Assembly: GCA_951406725.2 (NCBI GenBank)
Contig: OX597819.1
Span: 82,646,001-82,710,000 of the forward strand
Length of the DNA stretch: 64,000 nt
Source of the DNA: Octopus vulgaris
Taxonomy: Eukaryota
Reading direction: 5' to 3'
Shown: positions 38,914-52,299 of the stretch, piece by piece
Layout of the letters: every line of letters begins with the position of its first letter
Position numbering within the stretch: the stretch's first letter is position 1
Position numbers and translations under genes: made by a program
The notes under the pieces: generated by a model
What the model was told of the DNA's origin: nothing
Database searches by the model: none
Seen by the model: the letters and a program-made list of their open reading frames with translations, nothing else

Positions 38914-40295
38914 GTTGGACAAAATAATGGAAACACCTTAAAATTTCAAGCAAATTTATTTTGATATGGGGTAGGACCGCCTTTGGCAGTAATTACAGCT
39001 TAAATTCTATGAGGTATGGATTTGTACAAAGTTTGAATTGTTTCCAAAGGAATTTTCTCCACTCTACAGTCTCCAGTTCTTGTAGTGATGATGGTGAAGG
39101 ATATCGACTCCTTACTTGTTTTTATAAAATGCACCATGAATGTTCAACTGGGGACTGTGGTGGCCAGATAAGAAGTTCAACTTCACTAGAATGTTCCTCA
39201 TGCTATTCAGTAACAACTTTAGCTGTGTGAATTGGTGCACTATCATTCCGAAAGATTGCGTTTACCTCCAGAAATAGTTCCATAACCATATCAAATTCAT
39301 CCACAGGATGAATTTGATGAGATAAAATGCTTAAATAGTCTTGAGTATTAATTCTGCCATGAAAGGAAACCATTGGGCCAGCAGATTTCCAAGATATAGT
39401 CCCCCCCCCCCCCCGATCATCACAGATCCTCCTCCGTGTTTAACGGTTAGAAGGCACTCTGGGTCAAATGCTTCTTTTGGCTGTCTCCATATGTATACTC
39501 GGCCGGTGGTTGGGATTAAGGTAAAGGATGACTTGTCCAAGAGAATGACATCCTTCCACTGTTCTAGGGACCAATTCTGTTGGTTTTTACTCCACTCTAA
39601 ACGCTTTGCAATGTTTGGTTTTGAAAGTAGTGGTTTTCTGATTGCAGCCCTCCTATGAAATCCAGCTTTGTGCTGCTCCCGGTGCATAGGTTTTTGTGGA
39701 AACTGGGTTCTCGAGTTTGTCAATTAGCTCTGCAGTAGTTTTGGGAGCTGTACTTTTGTGATCCTTTCTAACAATTCACGTAAGAGTCCGCTGGTCCCTA
39801 TCTGAATGTTTTGATTAAGACAGTACTTCTTGATACACCAAACATTTTGGCTGTTTTTGTTATGCTAGCACCTGCCATATGAACACCAACAATTTGACCT
39901 CTTCGAAAGTCCAATAGATCTGTCATTTTAATGAATTTTAATTACCTGTTTCTGATGATATCTGAAAAGAAACAGTAATTTTAGCAAAACATATTAAGCA
40001 ACATCATCATCATCATCGTTTAACGTCCGTTATCCATGCTAGCATGGGTTGGACGGTTCAACTGGGGTCTGGGAAGCCAGAAGGCTGTGCCAGGCCCAGT
40101 CTGATCTGGCCATGTTTCTACGGCTGGATGCCCTTCCTAACGCCAACCACTCTGTGAGTGTAGTGGGTGCTTTTTACATGCCACCTGCACAGGTGCCAAA
40201 AAACATAAAAATAAACAAGCTTTTGACGGTTTTATAGATATTTCAAAATTATGATGCTATGATGCTAGGGGTTCCATTATTTTGTTCAATCCCCG
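38909..40295 (-). mobile_element. Tc1 (DD34E-type) transposon, decayed, with a nested retroelement tail
   Basis: TIRs AGGGGTTGGACAAAATAATGGAAACACCT / CGGGGATTGAACAAAATAATGGAACCCCT. The transposase runs from ATG 39926 (MTDLLDFRRGQIVG...) through RKPLLS...RLEW, TVKHGGGSVM to SIPHRI*AVITAKGGPTPY (~38965). Confidence 0.92.
40002..40198 (-). mobile_element. RTE-type 3' tail / short retroelement nested in the Tc1 5' region
   Basis: (CAT)n tail, CCATGCTAGCATGG palindrome and CGGCTGGATGCCCTTCCTAACGCCAACC. Closely similar to 55689-55890 in the opposite orientation. Confidence 0.85.
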
Positions 40296-40804
40296 TATAT
40301 AAAATTAATTAAATTACATACTAAGTATGTCTACCTGCTGGAAAAAGCAGTTAAAACTCTTATTTAAATTGCCAAAATACACTGATAATAACTACAGAGG
40401 GCCTGCAATCGCCTATATTATTGATTCTGTTATTATCATGTTAAAATTTTTACACTAGATAATAACAGTCAATAATATCATTGCAAATTATTTTTTCATA
40501 AATTATCTCCTCCGTATTGAAATTATTTTCACACTAGTAGCTAACAGGATTTCATGCACAATAAATCAGTTGCAGTGCAGACTTCAGCATGACGAGTAGG
40601 TGTCTGTATCATGGTAACACATGCTGAGGAAGCTGAGGCTATTATGCCAGTGCAGAAACTTGTTCACGTGAGTCCAAATACTTGAATGTAAGCTGTGAGA
40701 ATATCTCTGCCCATTTGCCTTTGGACGGTTGATTTCTGTAGTGATTATCAGTGATATATATATATATATATGCACTCACACACGCATATATCAATACATA
40801 TACA

Positions 40805-40844
<40 letters not shown>

Positions 40845-41261
40845 CATACATACATACATAACTACATACTTATATATACATTAAATTTCCCTAGTACTTA
40901 TAGTGTCTTTTAATATCTAATAATAACAGAATTTGTGTAGTGACTTAAAAATTCATTTTTGAGCTTGTTTACTTTTATAGTTTAAGTTCTTGCAGACATC
41001 ATATAAGCTTGGTGGCAAATAACTGTTTCCATTGAAAATATATATGAAATATTATCAGTTTCTATAGGGTATCTTTAATATATATTCAGCTTTTAAAGGC
41101 TGATGTCTAGATTGGCATTTTCATCATAATGCACTCTTTGATTTGTCTCCCTGTAATATATTTGTTTCTCTATTAAAAATCATCCCTCAATTGGTATTAA
41201 TCAAATCTGAATCTAATTTTCATTTGTTAAAAATCATCAATCATGAAATACTAGATGAATG

Positions 41262-41291
41262 TATGTCTGTCTGTCTATCTATCTATCTATC

Positions 41292-41322
<31 letters not shown>

Positions 41323-41325
41323 CTA

Positions 41326-41366
<41 letters not shown>

Positions 41367-41440
41367 ATACATACATATATACACATACATACACATGTGT
41401 ATATATATATATGTACATTTGTGTGTGTGTGTGTATACAT
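41262..41440. repeat. Compound (TCTA)n(TA)n(CATA)n(TG)n microsatellite
   Basis: Read directly from the sequence. Confidence 0.95.
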
Positions 41441-42420
41441 ATGAGGTTAAGTCAAAAATTGTATGCACTTCAATGTCTGTAACCTCGTAAAGAATGTTTG
41501 AGTGGTCCAAAGAGGTGATAGCTGGAAAGGTTGAGATTTGGACTCTATGCAGGCTGTTCTAGCAACTTGAAACCCAATTTTCCAATAGTTTCCCATATAT
41601 AGGCATGCATTGTTGTGCAGCAATAACACTTGATATTGCAACATACCTCAGTGTTTGATGTGAATTGCTAGTTTGTTTGTTGACCAGCATTTCACTATAG
41701 TCTACACTTGTGACTGTAAACCCCTTTTCTAGATAATATAACAATATAGGCCCATATGGGCCTCCAGAAATGGTTAGCATCACTTTTTCTGTGGAAGGTT
41801 GGATTTCTTGAAATTCTTTTTCGATGGGTGATTCAGGGTGTTTCCACTCCATTCTCTGCCTTTGGGATTTTGGCTCAAAGTGATGGGCTCAGGTGTCATT
41901 AAGCTTCCCCTTCATCCTTGCAGTGGTCAAGTAAGCACTGACAGTTCTCCACACATTTGTACTTATACACATCAGTAAGCTTTCTTGGCACCCATCTTGC
42001 ACAGACTTTTAGGAAGTGAAATTTGTTATGGATGATTTCATATGGAGAATAGCTAATTTGCTACCTCATGGAGGATCACACACCAATTCACCAGAAAGAT
42101 CTCTTAAGCTTGTTGAATCTTCATGTCAGTGGTGGAAATAGATTGGGTTCTGCTTTCTCTTCATGTTTCATGCTTGTCTGGCCATTTTAAAACTTTTTGA
42201 TTTACTCATACACAATTCTATGAGATAGAGCATTGTCCCCATATTGTACTGAAAACCTGCAATGAATTTCAACCCCTGACACTACTTCAGACTAGGGAAA
42301 TCAGATCACTGATTTCTGTTCTCCCTCAGTGCACACTGCTTGTGAAGTGGCCATGTTTACTCAGTAGCACAAGAAAGAAAACTGGGAAAGTCAAAGTCAA
42401 ACCTCGGTTATGTAATCACA
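41441..42420 (-). mobile_element. Decayed mariner transposon with internal deletions
   Basis: The minus strand reads MATSQAVCTEGEQKSVI (ATG ~42354), KVCARWVPRKLT (~41980-42010), HHFEPKSQRQRMEWKHPESP and KVMLTI. TIR-like TGAGGTTAAGTCAAAAATT lies at 41442. Confidence 0.85.
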
Positions 42421-42507
42421 AGAGTACATTTTAGCACATGAGTGCTGAAGGCAGTGCAGCCTGCCTAAAGAAAGCTTTGGCAAAGTGTGGATAATTTTCG
42501 ACTTTAA

Positions 42508-42556
<49 letters not shown>

Positions 42557-42577
42557 ATGTGTGCTTGCATTTGTGTA

Positions 42578-43863
42578 TTGGGTCATCCCATAAATAATGT
42601 GGTTTTTTTTTATACTTCTTTTATTTTTCAAAATTAAGATAAACAAAGTTCTATTTTAATCTAAAATATATCCTCCTTCATTTTTTACAATGCTCTTTCA
42701 TCTATCTGGTAGACTTGCAAGCCCCCCACTTCTTCCAAAATTCACTTGTCCATGACCAAAAATACTCCTCCATTACTGTCTGACCGCATCTGCAGAGTTC
42801 ATATTTTTTTCCACCCAAATCATTTTGAAGACTGTGGAATATATGATAATCAGATGGGGCAATGTCTGGTAAATATGGTGGGTGGGGCACCATTTCCGAT
42901 TCAAACTACTCCAGCATTTGGAATGTCATCCTCACTGTATGTGGCTGAGCATTATCCTGATGGAAACACAACTTTCGTCTTGAAATCAATGATGATCAGT
43001 TTTCTTCTAGCGCTGACTTAAGCTGCTCAAACTGTTTGCAGTAGATTTCATTTGTTACCGTTTCCTTTAGGTTTAAAAATTCAAAGTGGACTAAACCATT
43101 CATATCCCACCAGACAGATAACAATACCTTACATGAGTGAAGACCTTCTTTAGCCAAGAGTGCCAGTGTTTCTCCTTTCCCTGCTCACTCTCTTTGTCAG
43201 TTGACATTTTTATAGAGAACACATTTCTCGCTACCAGTCACTATTCAGTTCAAAAAAGTTTCATACATGAGATGTAACAGCAAAGAAGAGTACACTTTCA
43301 CTCTCTACACTTGATTAGACTCAGGAAGTTTGTGAGGAACCTATTGACCTAATTTGCTGACTTTTCTGATGGCACGCAGATGTCAATTAATGGTTGAATG
43401 ACCAAATCCAAGCATCTCTGCTAGCTGCAATGGAATTTTGTTTCACTAGGATTTGCACATCGTCCCCACTGAGCTCTACAGATCATCTAGGATGAGGCTT
43501 GTCTTCTAGGCTGTAGTTTCTGGCTCAGAATTTCAGGAACTACTGTTGACACTGGCTTATGCTTATTGTCTGATCCCCATATACTGGATCAATTTACCTC
43601 ACTTTCTCCATTGCGTTGTTGCCTTTATTGATCTCATAAAGCAGAATATGCCGAATATGTTCCTTTGTCACTTCCATCATAGCTTTGAAAAATAACTGTT
43701 AAAAATCGAACTGCACTCTTCAAAACTTTCACTAAGAATAAGGACAAGGTAAAATTACTACCTGCTTTTATAGCAAGTTGATGCAGGTAGTTTATCCTAT
43801 CACCCTCTGACTTTAAGTTCATGCAAATGAAAAAAAAGCTACATTATTTAATGTATGATTCAA
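42578..43863 (-). mobile_element. Full-length decayed mariner transposon (1286 bp)
   Basis: TIRs TTGGGTCATCCCATAAATAATGTGG / TTGAATCATACATTAAATAATGTAG with TA flanks. The transposase runs from ATG 43677 (MEVTKEHIRHILLYE) to HPPYLPDIAPSDYHIFHSLQN and EGGYILD*, with many stops. Confidence 0.9.
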
Positions 43864-45700
43864 TACACACACACACAGAGATTATGTGCTGGAATTGATG
43901 CAATGGATTATACTCTAGAAGATGGTACTCAAACATAAATCTAGCTATAGTCACTGAAACAAGTAAAAGAAGAAAATATTACTCAAAATGTCACACCTTC
44001 AAACTGGAGAATTTTTTTTTTCAAGAAGTGTTGCTTATTTTTAATAAAAACTATATGTTAATGCTCTCTGCTATGCTGTGAAATGCACCACTTTCTGAAT
44101 GTCGCCAAACTACTTATTTAAAGATAGCTTTCAAGTCTATGGAGAAAGAAGTTTAGCTTCTTTTTTAAGTGAGTAAATATTAATAAAAAATCTGTTTAAA
44201 TATTTCTAAAACTGAACACTTACTTTCTTCAAAAATGGAAAAACTTTTCTAAAATTACAAAATAATAACCATTATTTTTATCAAGTAAATTTATTAGACA
44301 TATTGAAAATGACATTGCTGGAAAGCTTAAATAGAAAAATTATGTTTACAATCTAAAAGAGCAAACAGAGTTCTGGAATAATTTAGACAAAATGTACATG
44401 CGAACAACTTAAATGTATTTACACTCTGCTCTTTTTATATTCTACTCCTAAATGTCTTACACATGTCAACAGTGAAGCAGGAAAATAATTTTAATATTTA
44501 GGGTGTTTCTCTTTCTCAAATTTCATTCTATATTTTTTATTAACTTACATTTATGAAGTCTTTCAAAGTTGTGTAATGCTAACCATTTCGATTCTTCATA
44601 AAGGTATTAATATTGAGACAGACTTATTGTAAATAGATTCCAATAAAGTTAATCTAACTAGTGTTTTGTTCTTTCTCTTGTAATCATGTAGCAAAATAAC
44701 ATCTTAACATTTCTCATGATATTAACAAGAAGCCACTTAAATTATAATACACTTAAGTTATGTTAAACCATCTTAGAATCTCTTGAAGAAAATGTATATT
44801 TCAAACCTCTCTGCATTTTGTTCTTTTACATCTCTGAATATGCTGAATATCATTCTAAACTCGCTCATGTATTCAATTAATTTTTCCTGAACTATACATA
44901 TCAGAAATCTCTATACACAACTTGGTGTTTCAAGTTGTTCTTTGTATATTGACCACTCTTTATATTAGGATGAACATTGTACTGTTTCCAGGGATCTTGC
45001 CTACTCTTGCAAATGATTGTAATGTTTACTATTCATATTCAATTTTGAAGAATTTGTTTTTCATCTAGCTTAGAATCTTTTCTATTATACCCCAGGAATA
45101 ACCTCAGCAGTTTGAGTTTCCTTTAAAAGACCTTACCCTGTATTTTTGCAGCTTTATATTTACTACCATTTATTCACCCTGCATGACCCTTCTATGCATG
45201 TTGTACTTTCTTTCTCATTCTCTCTTTCTTCATAATAATATCTGCCATTTTTTTTCTTCTCTGTAGCTGATTTTAAGAACAGAAACCATAAATGATAAGT
45301 TTCAAAATTAGATTTAGTTTTAGATCTCAGTATTCAACAACACTCAGATATTTTTTTAAAATACAATAAAAAGATCTTGTGCATACAGTTATTTCCTCAT
45401 GTTTCCCCTTGATATTGTTTACAGGTACATAATATTTGGAATAATTCTTTGTTTAATCATTCTACTTCTTCAGTGCTTCCAGGTGTTTTGAATCAACAAT
45501 AGAGTAGAGAATCTGAAAACTGTAAAAAAAGGCACTTTCACATCAGAAATAATATACTACATAATATCAAAAATGTAATTTAGCAATATGATGTAGATAG
45601 AAATATTCGATTGAAAGAACAAAATATTCTTTAAATTTGCTCACTATAAGAAGCAATGAACAACAATAATTTGTAATTTCCCTGGATGTTCTGATATTGT

Positions 45701-45905
45701 TATCTAACTTTGGCACAAAGCCAGCACTTTTGGGGGAGAGGGTAAGTTGATTACATTGATCCCAGTGGTCAACTGATACTTATTTTATCATTCTTGAATG
45801 GATGAAAGGCAAAGTCGCTCTTGGCAAAATTTGAAATCACAACATAAAGACAAAGGAAATGCCACTAAGCATTTTGCCTGGCATGTTAACAATTCTGACA
45901 GCTTA
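45701..45905 (-). mobile_element. SINE family B
   Basis: TTTGGCACAAAGCCAGC..GGATGAAAGGCAAAGTCG..TTCTGACAGC, collinear with 55908-56113. Confidence 0.85.
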
Positions 45906-47111
45906 CTGTATTTGGATGCTCTGATATTAGTCATTTGTATTGGTTCAGCTATTACTAGCAATTTGGCTCCTATATAAACCAAATAGGCTTTCTGAGAGCA
46001 GCTGCTTTGTCTGAAAACAAATTGTGAGATTCTCTGTATAAAACGCTGACAATTTGTGGCATATGCAAGAAAGTGATGCTGTACACCAGTTAACGAAGGT
46101 GATTTTCTGCAGTTGGAGAGAAGAGGGTTGAGTATCATTCATTGATCATTTTACCTATTGTTGAAGCATGAAAACAGTTGATGGTGATTATGAGGAAACA
46201 TCATCATCATCATCATCATCATCATCATTTTACATCTGCTTTCCCTGTTGGCATGAGTTATCTTGTCCAAACCAGTTCTTATTTGGAGATCCTGCCTTCC
46301 TAGATGTGTCTATGGACCATGTCTTATTCATATATTTTATTTGCTATGGTTTCTATGACACCAAACGCTTTACAGATGTACTAGGTGAATTTTATTTTAG
46401 TACCAATACTAGTAACGTTGTTGTATCCTCAACAAGATAGGGTTAAAGGGTACTATTGTCTTTGTTCATTTGCCAGTTACTTTAAAGAGTTTACTGCATG
46501 TGTTTTATCAAGGTACCAGCACAAGTGAGGTTGTCTTGTAACTTTCAAGACAAAAATGGGTCTTCATCATTCACATTGTCTCTGTTAGGGCAACACGACC
46601 AATATAATGGATAAGAGTGAGGGTGATTGCGGAAGGTAAACCAAAATGGAGAGAGAAAAGAGGGAGAGAGAGTATGGTAAGGGAGACAGCAGTTGGAATT
46701 ACAGTGTGAGGGGAGGAAGAATTTGCAAGGCTCAGTGCTAGAAAGAACAGAAAGGAAACGGTAGTTTTAGAGTGTAATGAGAGGAATGGTAGATGTGGTG
46801 GGTAGATGGAAGGTAATGAATAATCCTAAATAATCATAGAAATGATCAGTTGTAAGAAAGTGTGATGAACATTAATAAAAGATGACTAACAAGAGAGGTG
46901 ATTGGGAGTTGTGGTTAACTAGTTTAGAAGGTTATCTAGCAGCACAAGATGAGATAGGACAAATAGCATCAACATTATTTGCTGATGAGAGAGAGATGGG
47001 GGAGAGAGTCAGTGGTGGAAAGGCATAGGATTCTGTCAGATCCAATGCAATTCTTTATTTGTTTCTCAGGTATTATAATGAAAGAGAGATACTAACATAG
47101 CTATAAGTAAG

Positions 47112-47193
47112 TGAGAGGGAGGAGGGAGAGAGAGAAAGGGGGGGGAGAGAGAGAAAGGGAGGGAGAGAGAGAAAGGGAGGGAGAGAGAGAAGA
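47112..47193. repeat. Polypurine tandem repeat, ~17-bp unit AGGGAGGGAGAGAGAGA(A) x4
   Basis: About 80 bp of purines only on the + strand. Confidence 0.9.
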
Positions 47194-47384
47194 TTAAAAA
47201 ACAAGCCAAGAAGAGCAGCAGATTGAGGCTGAGAAGCTACAAATGAATAAAAGTCTCTTTCTCTCTCTCTCTCTCATGCACAAACACACATATGTATATG
47301 TATGCATGTGTATTTATACACACATACAGAGATGTACGTACGTATGTATGTATGTATGTATGTATGTATGTATGTCTCAGCCTC

Positions 47385-47800
47385 CATAACTACCACATTT
47401 TAATGCTTGTTTTGCTATGCATGCATGGGTAGTCAAGTCTTCTACACCATCACATTTCACCAATCAACTTCTTGTTTGTAATCTCTACATGAGATCAATC
47501 TTTACTACTTTGTCCTAAGTCTTCCACAGGTTTCATTTATATTGAATGCCTTTATATGTCCGTACGTATCCAGTGAAGTCATTTCTCTATCACACAAGTT
47601 TTCATTCCTCTTATGCCCAATTTTCCTTTCTCAGTTCATTTGTACTTTAATGTTCATGGATGCTAACATTACACATCCAACAGAGCATACTTGCTTCATT
47701 TCTTTCTACAATTCATAAAATCTCTATATTCAAGAAGCATCATACAGCTTGTCCTTCATTATTTGAGAGAAGATCTTAGTTATCAGCAGAGACCTTAATC
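47385..47800 (-). mobile_element. RTE-clade LINE 3' remnant
   Basis: The minus strand reads VERNEASMLCWMCNVSIHEH*STNELR..LGIRG (RTE ORF2 C-terminus), followed by a tail CCCATGCATGCATAGC..ATTAAAA related to the short RTE-tail elements. Confidence 0.7.
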
Positions 47801-49629
47801 TAACTACTATGCATCAAAAGTTCTATTTCATTAAATACATCATATGTCAGCACACTGAATGTGAAGTACATGGTAAAACATACACACACATTAATTGGTT
47901 TCAATATCTTGAAAACTGTGTTTTGATAGAACAGATTTTGATTTATTAAAGATTATCTATGCTTAATTATTGACATAGTTTTCAATTGCATTAATAGTTT
48001 TGATATTAGGCTTAACAAAATTCCAATGGATAGTTTGTTAGAAGAGATTATTTCACACTTATTGAATGCAGCATACTCATTATCTACCCATGGACTACTG
48101 TACATCATTTAGTACTTGTTGACTAAGAATATTTATGAAAGAAAAAGAAAATTCATCACTTCAAAGTTCTCTAATCTATTTGATATGTAGTCGCTTTTTG
48201 CTTTCTGTGCATTCATTTTTAAGCTACTGTAAAGCATATGCCTATTATCATTGTTTTCTAACTAGTTTCTATGTCAGTTAGCTTTCAGCAGATATTACTA
48301 TTCCACTACTTTTCTAATAGCACAAAATCATTACCTTAATTCCCCAAAGACACACTACAATAGTTATCTATACACTCATCACTATTGTTTACCAAACAAT
48401 CTCCATAATGCACAGTGGCACAGACCCAATTGTTTCGGGGCTTATTATTATATATTTTTTTTTTTTTTGCCTTTCTTATTTTTGCAATCACTTTAGAAAA
48501 TGAATAATGGTGAAGATATTATATTAGCCACAAAGCTTTAAACAATCAATAGATATTCATTATGTCAAGTGAAAACTTCATAGAAATCAATAAAAAAAAA
48601 TCGTATCAACTATGAATTTATTTTCCATCAAATATTCAAAGCAGAATACTGTCCTGAGACAAAATCTGAGCATTTCTTCTATAAAAATGAAGTTTTTATT
48701 AAGATATTTTCTTTGCTCAAAGACTGAATTGATCAATTAATGATACCAGCTCAGCTTTTTAAAAGATTCATTAGACTGTGTAGAGGACATTTTTGAAAAT
48801 GTTTAAGATTATGGCAATATCATTATATTTTTAGAACTATCTCATGATAACACTTGCACATAGAAATATTATGTATGCTGTTTATATAAGCATGTGTGTG
48901 CATTGTATGATATATAATTATATGATTATATATATAATACAATACACACACACATGCTTATATAAACAGCGTATATGTCTCTATATGTGCATGTATTATC
49001 ATCTCTCTCTCCAGATACATACATATATACACACATATATATATATATATTTGGAAATAGTTTGTTTACACATCTGCTTATATACATGCCTTCAACTATG
49101 CATGTGTGTATATATTCTTCTTCAGTATTCCCATTCCATTGTATATTACACATAAATGCATTCTTGGGTGGTACTACTGTGTGTGTGTGTGTGTGTGTGT
49201 GTGCATGTGTATTATGTAATGCTATACATTATATATGGATGTGGACCAGTTAAAGACAGAAACATTAAAGCAGAATACTATGTGCCTCAAATATTTAGTT
49301 TTAGCTCTCAGTGTTCTATATTCAAATCTAACTCTAATAGACTTTGAATTTTATTTCTCTTGAGACGTGTCATAAGTGCCAGTAATGGACAGAAGTTGGT
49401 TTGTTTGACTATCTTCCTCTTTTACAAAAGACTGGTTGTGTCATTACTCAAAATGAATAATACAACTAAGGTTGTAATAACCATTTATTTAAGACCTGAT
49501 TAACTGAATACAGTGCAGATTCAAAAATTTTAATGTTTATAGAAACGTATTTTGATATTTATAATTATTTCATGATAAAATATATGCAATTTGAAATCAA
49601 GTTTCCTTTATTAATGTAAGTTGAATGTA

Positions 49630-49794
49630 GGCATAGGAGTAGCTGTGTGGTAAGTAGCTTGCCTACCAACCACATGGTTCTGAGTTCAGTCCCACTGCGT
49701 GGCACCTTGGGCAAGTGTCTTCTACTATAGCCTCAGGCTGACCAAAGCCTTGTAAGTGGATTTGGTAAATGGAAACTAAGAGAAGCCCATCGTA

Positions 49795-49825
<31 letters not shown>

Positions 49826-50042
49826 GTAAGTGTATATATGTTTGTGTGCCTGTGTTTGTCCCCCCAACATTGCTTGACAACCAATGCTGGTGTGTTTACG
49901 CCCCCATAACTTAGCAATTCGGCAAAAGAGATCAATAGAATAAGTACTAGGCTTACAAAGAATAAGTCCTGGGGTCAATTTGCTCGACTAAAGGTGGTGC
50001 TCCCGCATGGCTACAGTCAAATGACTGAAACAAGTAAAAGAG
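49630..50042 (+). mobile_element. Full-length tRNA-derived SINE family A (best copy)
   Basis: A box TAGCTGTGTGG, B box GAGTTCAGTCCC, CORE-like GGCACCTTGGGCAAGTGTCTTC, internal (TA)n 49793-49845, and tail ATGACTGAAACAAGTAAAAGAG. Confidence 0.92.
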
Positions 50043-50329
50043 GGAGTTTCAAAAAAGAACCACAAGATGGACTCTTCAAGCCAAACCAACCAGCAGGAAA
50101 CCTAGAAGTAGTCTATGAGTGAGGCAGTTGGATAATATCTGTTGTCTCAAATGTTCATGCTTGAGAGTCCAACTGTAAAGTCTAATGACAGTTGCTTCTG
50201 ATAGAACCTTCTGGATGAAATGCCTGAGGATTCTGCCGTCATGATTTTCCCAGGAATAATAAGCAGAAAAGATAAATGGGTGGATTTTTGTATTTGTTAA
50301 AGACCTTTTAATTATTTGATCATCATTCT

Positions 50330-50525
50330 ACAATTGGTCAGTCACCTAGGAAACCAACAAGGAAATCTGTATGTGAAATAACAACTCACTCTTAATCACA
50401 CCCTACAATGTTAAAATAACAGGGGAAAGATGCATAAGTGCAGTGCTAGATATCCCTAAGAAGGTGGATGGTCATAACTGGAATACCTAATTGAATTCCA
50501 TCACAAACGATTTAGGGTTAAACAA
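50330..50525 (+). mobile_element. Family C repeat
   Basis: AATCACACCCTAC..GGATGGTCATAACTGGAATACC..TTAGGGTTAAACAA. Confidence 0.55.
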
Positions 50526-51089
50526 TGACCACGAACTAAGAAGGAAACCTGTTTTGACATTCAGCCCAGTTTTGATGAGAATAAGATTGTCCGGTTCCCC
50601 AGAGGTACACCACAACAATAGATGTAAAATTTCATCTCAAAACTAAGAGATAAATATTCTTATACTGTTATTTGATAGCTACATTATCTATTTATGAGAA
50701 TATTTTTATCGGATGCGTGTGTATTTTCTATTGAATGTATGCATATATTTCCCTTGTACCTATGTGTATACTTGTTATTTATTTACTAGTAATAGCATTG
50801 TTCATTATGTACATAAATTTTTCAAATATAGAGGTAGTAAATATCTTCTCATCCTTTCAAGAGATGGATTCAATGGGCAATGTGTAATAGGAGTTTTGTA
50901 GTGCTTAATATATGAAAGATTTTTCAGGAGACATTCTCAAATTGTCTACTACCTATTCTCAAGTTATGAAATGAGTAGAAAAATAAACATATGCCAATTT
51001 TTGCAAACGATGGATTAGAATTAAAGACATAAGCTGTCTATCCAGTACTATTAGCATTCAGTCATTTTGCATCTCACCAAATAAGTTAA

Positions 51090-51292
51090 CATTCCAAGAA
51101 GGGAACATCTTTACAGTCACACAATCTGCTAGAAATAGCAGCCATTCCCATAACAAGTTGAACTATATGATTTTACATTGGTTAATGTAGTTCTAGAAAA
51201 AGTGTTTGAATAGAGGATGGAATGGTCACAGTTGGAACATATTAATAAAATATCTGATCAATCGATATTAACCTGATGATAACTAACAACAT
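51090..51292 (+). mobile_element. Family C repeat
   Basis: CTGCTAGAAATAGCAGCC..ATGGTCACAGTTGGAAC..ACCTGATGATAACTAACAAC. Confidence 0.6.
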
Positions 51293-51922
51293 GCAGGGGA
51301 TCTTTATTGATAGGACAAAATAAAATAATGGTTATATTACTGGAGAAATGATATCTATCTGAGAAAAACTAACCCATTTCAGTAACACTCTAGACACTGT
51401 TGAATCTTGTAATTGCCAGCCAGCAGATAATCAAGGAAATATCTTGCAGGAAAAGATGCATGTAAAATGTGATGTACATGTATACTTGTGTTTGTATATG
51501 AGTATGCAATATCTACTATTACTACAGCTACTACTACTACTCTCTCTCTCTCTCTCTCTCTCATGAGTTTTCCCATTGGTTTCAACATATGAAGATCCAA
51601 TAACCTACACTTTCTTTGTCAATCATAATGCTTATGTCGATGTGACATTTGAGTCTGCCAACAATTTGCAAAGAAGCCTGCAGATATTGCAAGTATGAGG
51701 ATTATGGGTCAGTGCAAATGGTGTATTTGCAGCCGCTTTTTGCCTTTGGCTTGCACCCCTTTTCCTGTTAATGCTGGTAGGAACAAAGTCTCCTACACCA
51801 TTTTAACATGATGATCTCCGTTTTGTCCCCTCCAAGGCTGTTTACTCAAAGGTGTCATGAGCTATATTCACTGCCGTGAGGTTACTCTTCAGTCGAATGA
51901 CATTCTCTCTCTCTCTCTTTCT

Positions 51923-51926
51923 ATAT

Positions 51927-52017
<91 letters not shown>
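51923..52017. repeat. (TA)n-rich microsatellite
   Basis: Read directly from the sequence. Confidence 0.95.
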
Positions 52018-52019
<2 letters not shown>

Positions 52020-52299
52020 CTAAAGATAACTAAAAGGGCTAAGTACAGGTCTAGAAATACTGGAAGAAAGTGGGGAGCAAGGAAGAATGTCAGATTGTTA
52101 GAAGAGAAACTAAATATCAGGTCTATGAGCATGAAGAGAAACCGAAAATAAAAGGTTTACAATATTCTGCCATGAGTGAAACACAATATCATCATCCTCA
52201 GATAATGTCCATCTTCTACGCTGGTGTGGGGTGGATAACATGTGTTTGCAAATCAGGACATCACTGGAGAAAAGTGTTTACAGAGGGTTAGCAGCATAT

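Noticed and set aside
40049-40237. Two near-identical short ORFs (40049..40237 + and 55599..55838 -) suggesting a peptide gene family
   Set aside because: They are antisense translations of the same retroelement tail, with non-ATG starts.
49630-49705. tRNA-like sequence with A and B boxes
   Set aside because: It is a SINE head: multi-copy, no clean cloverleaf, and continuous with the SINE body.
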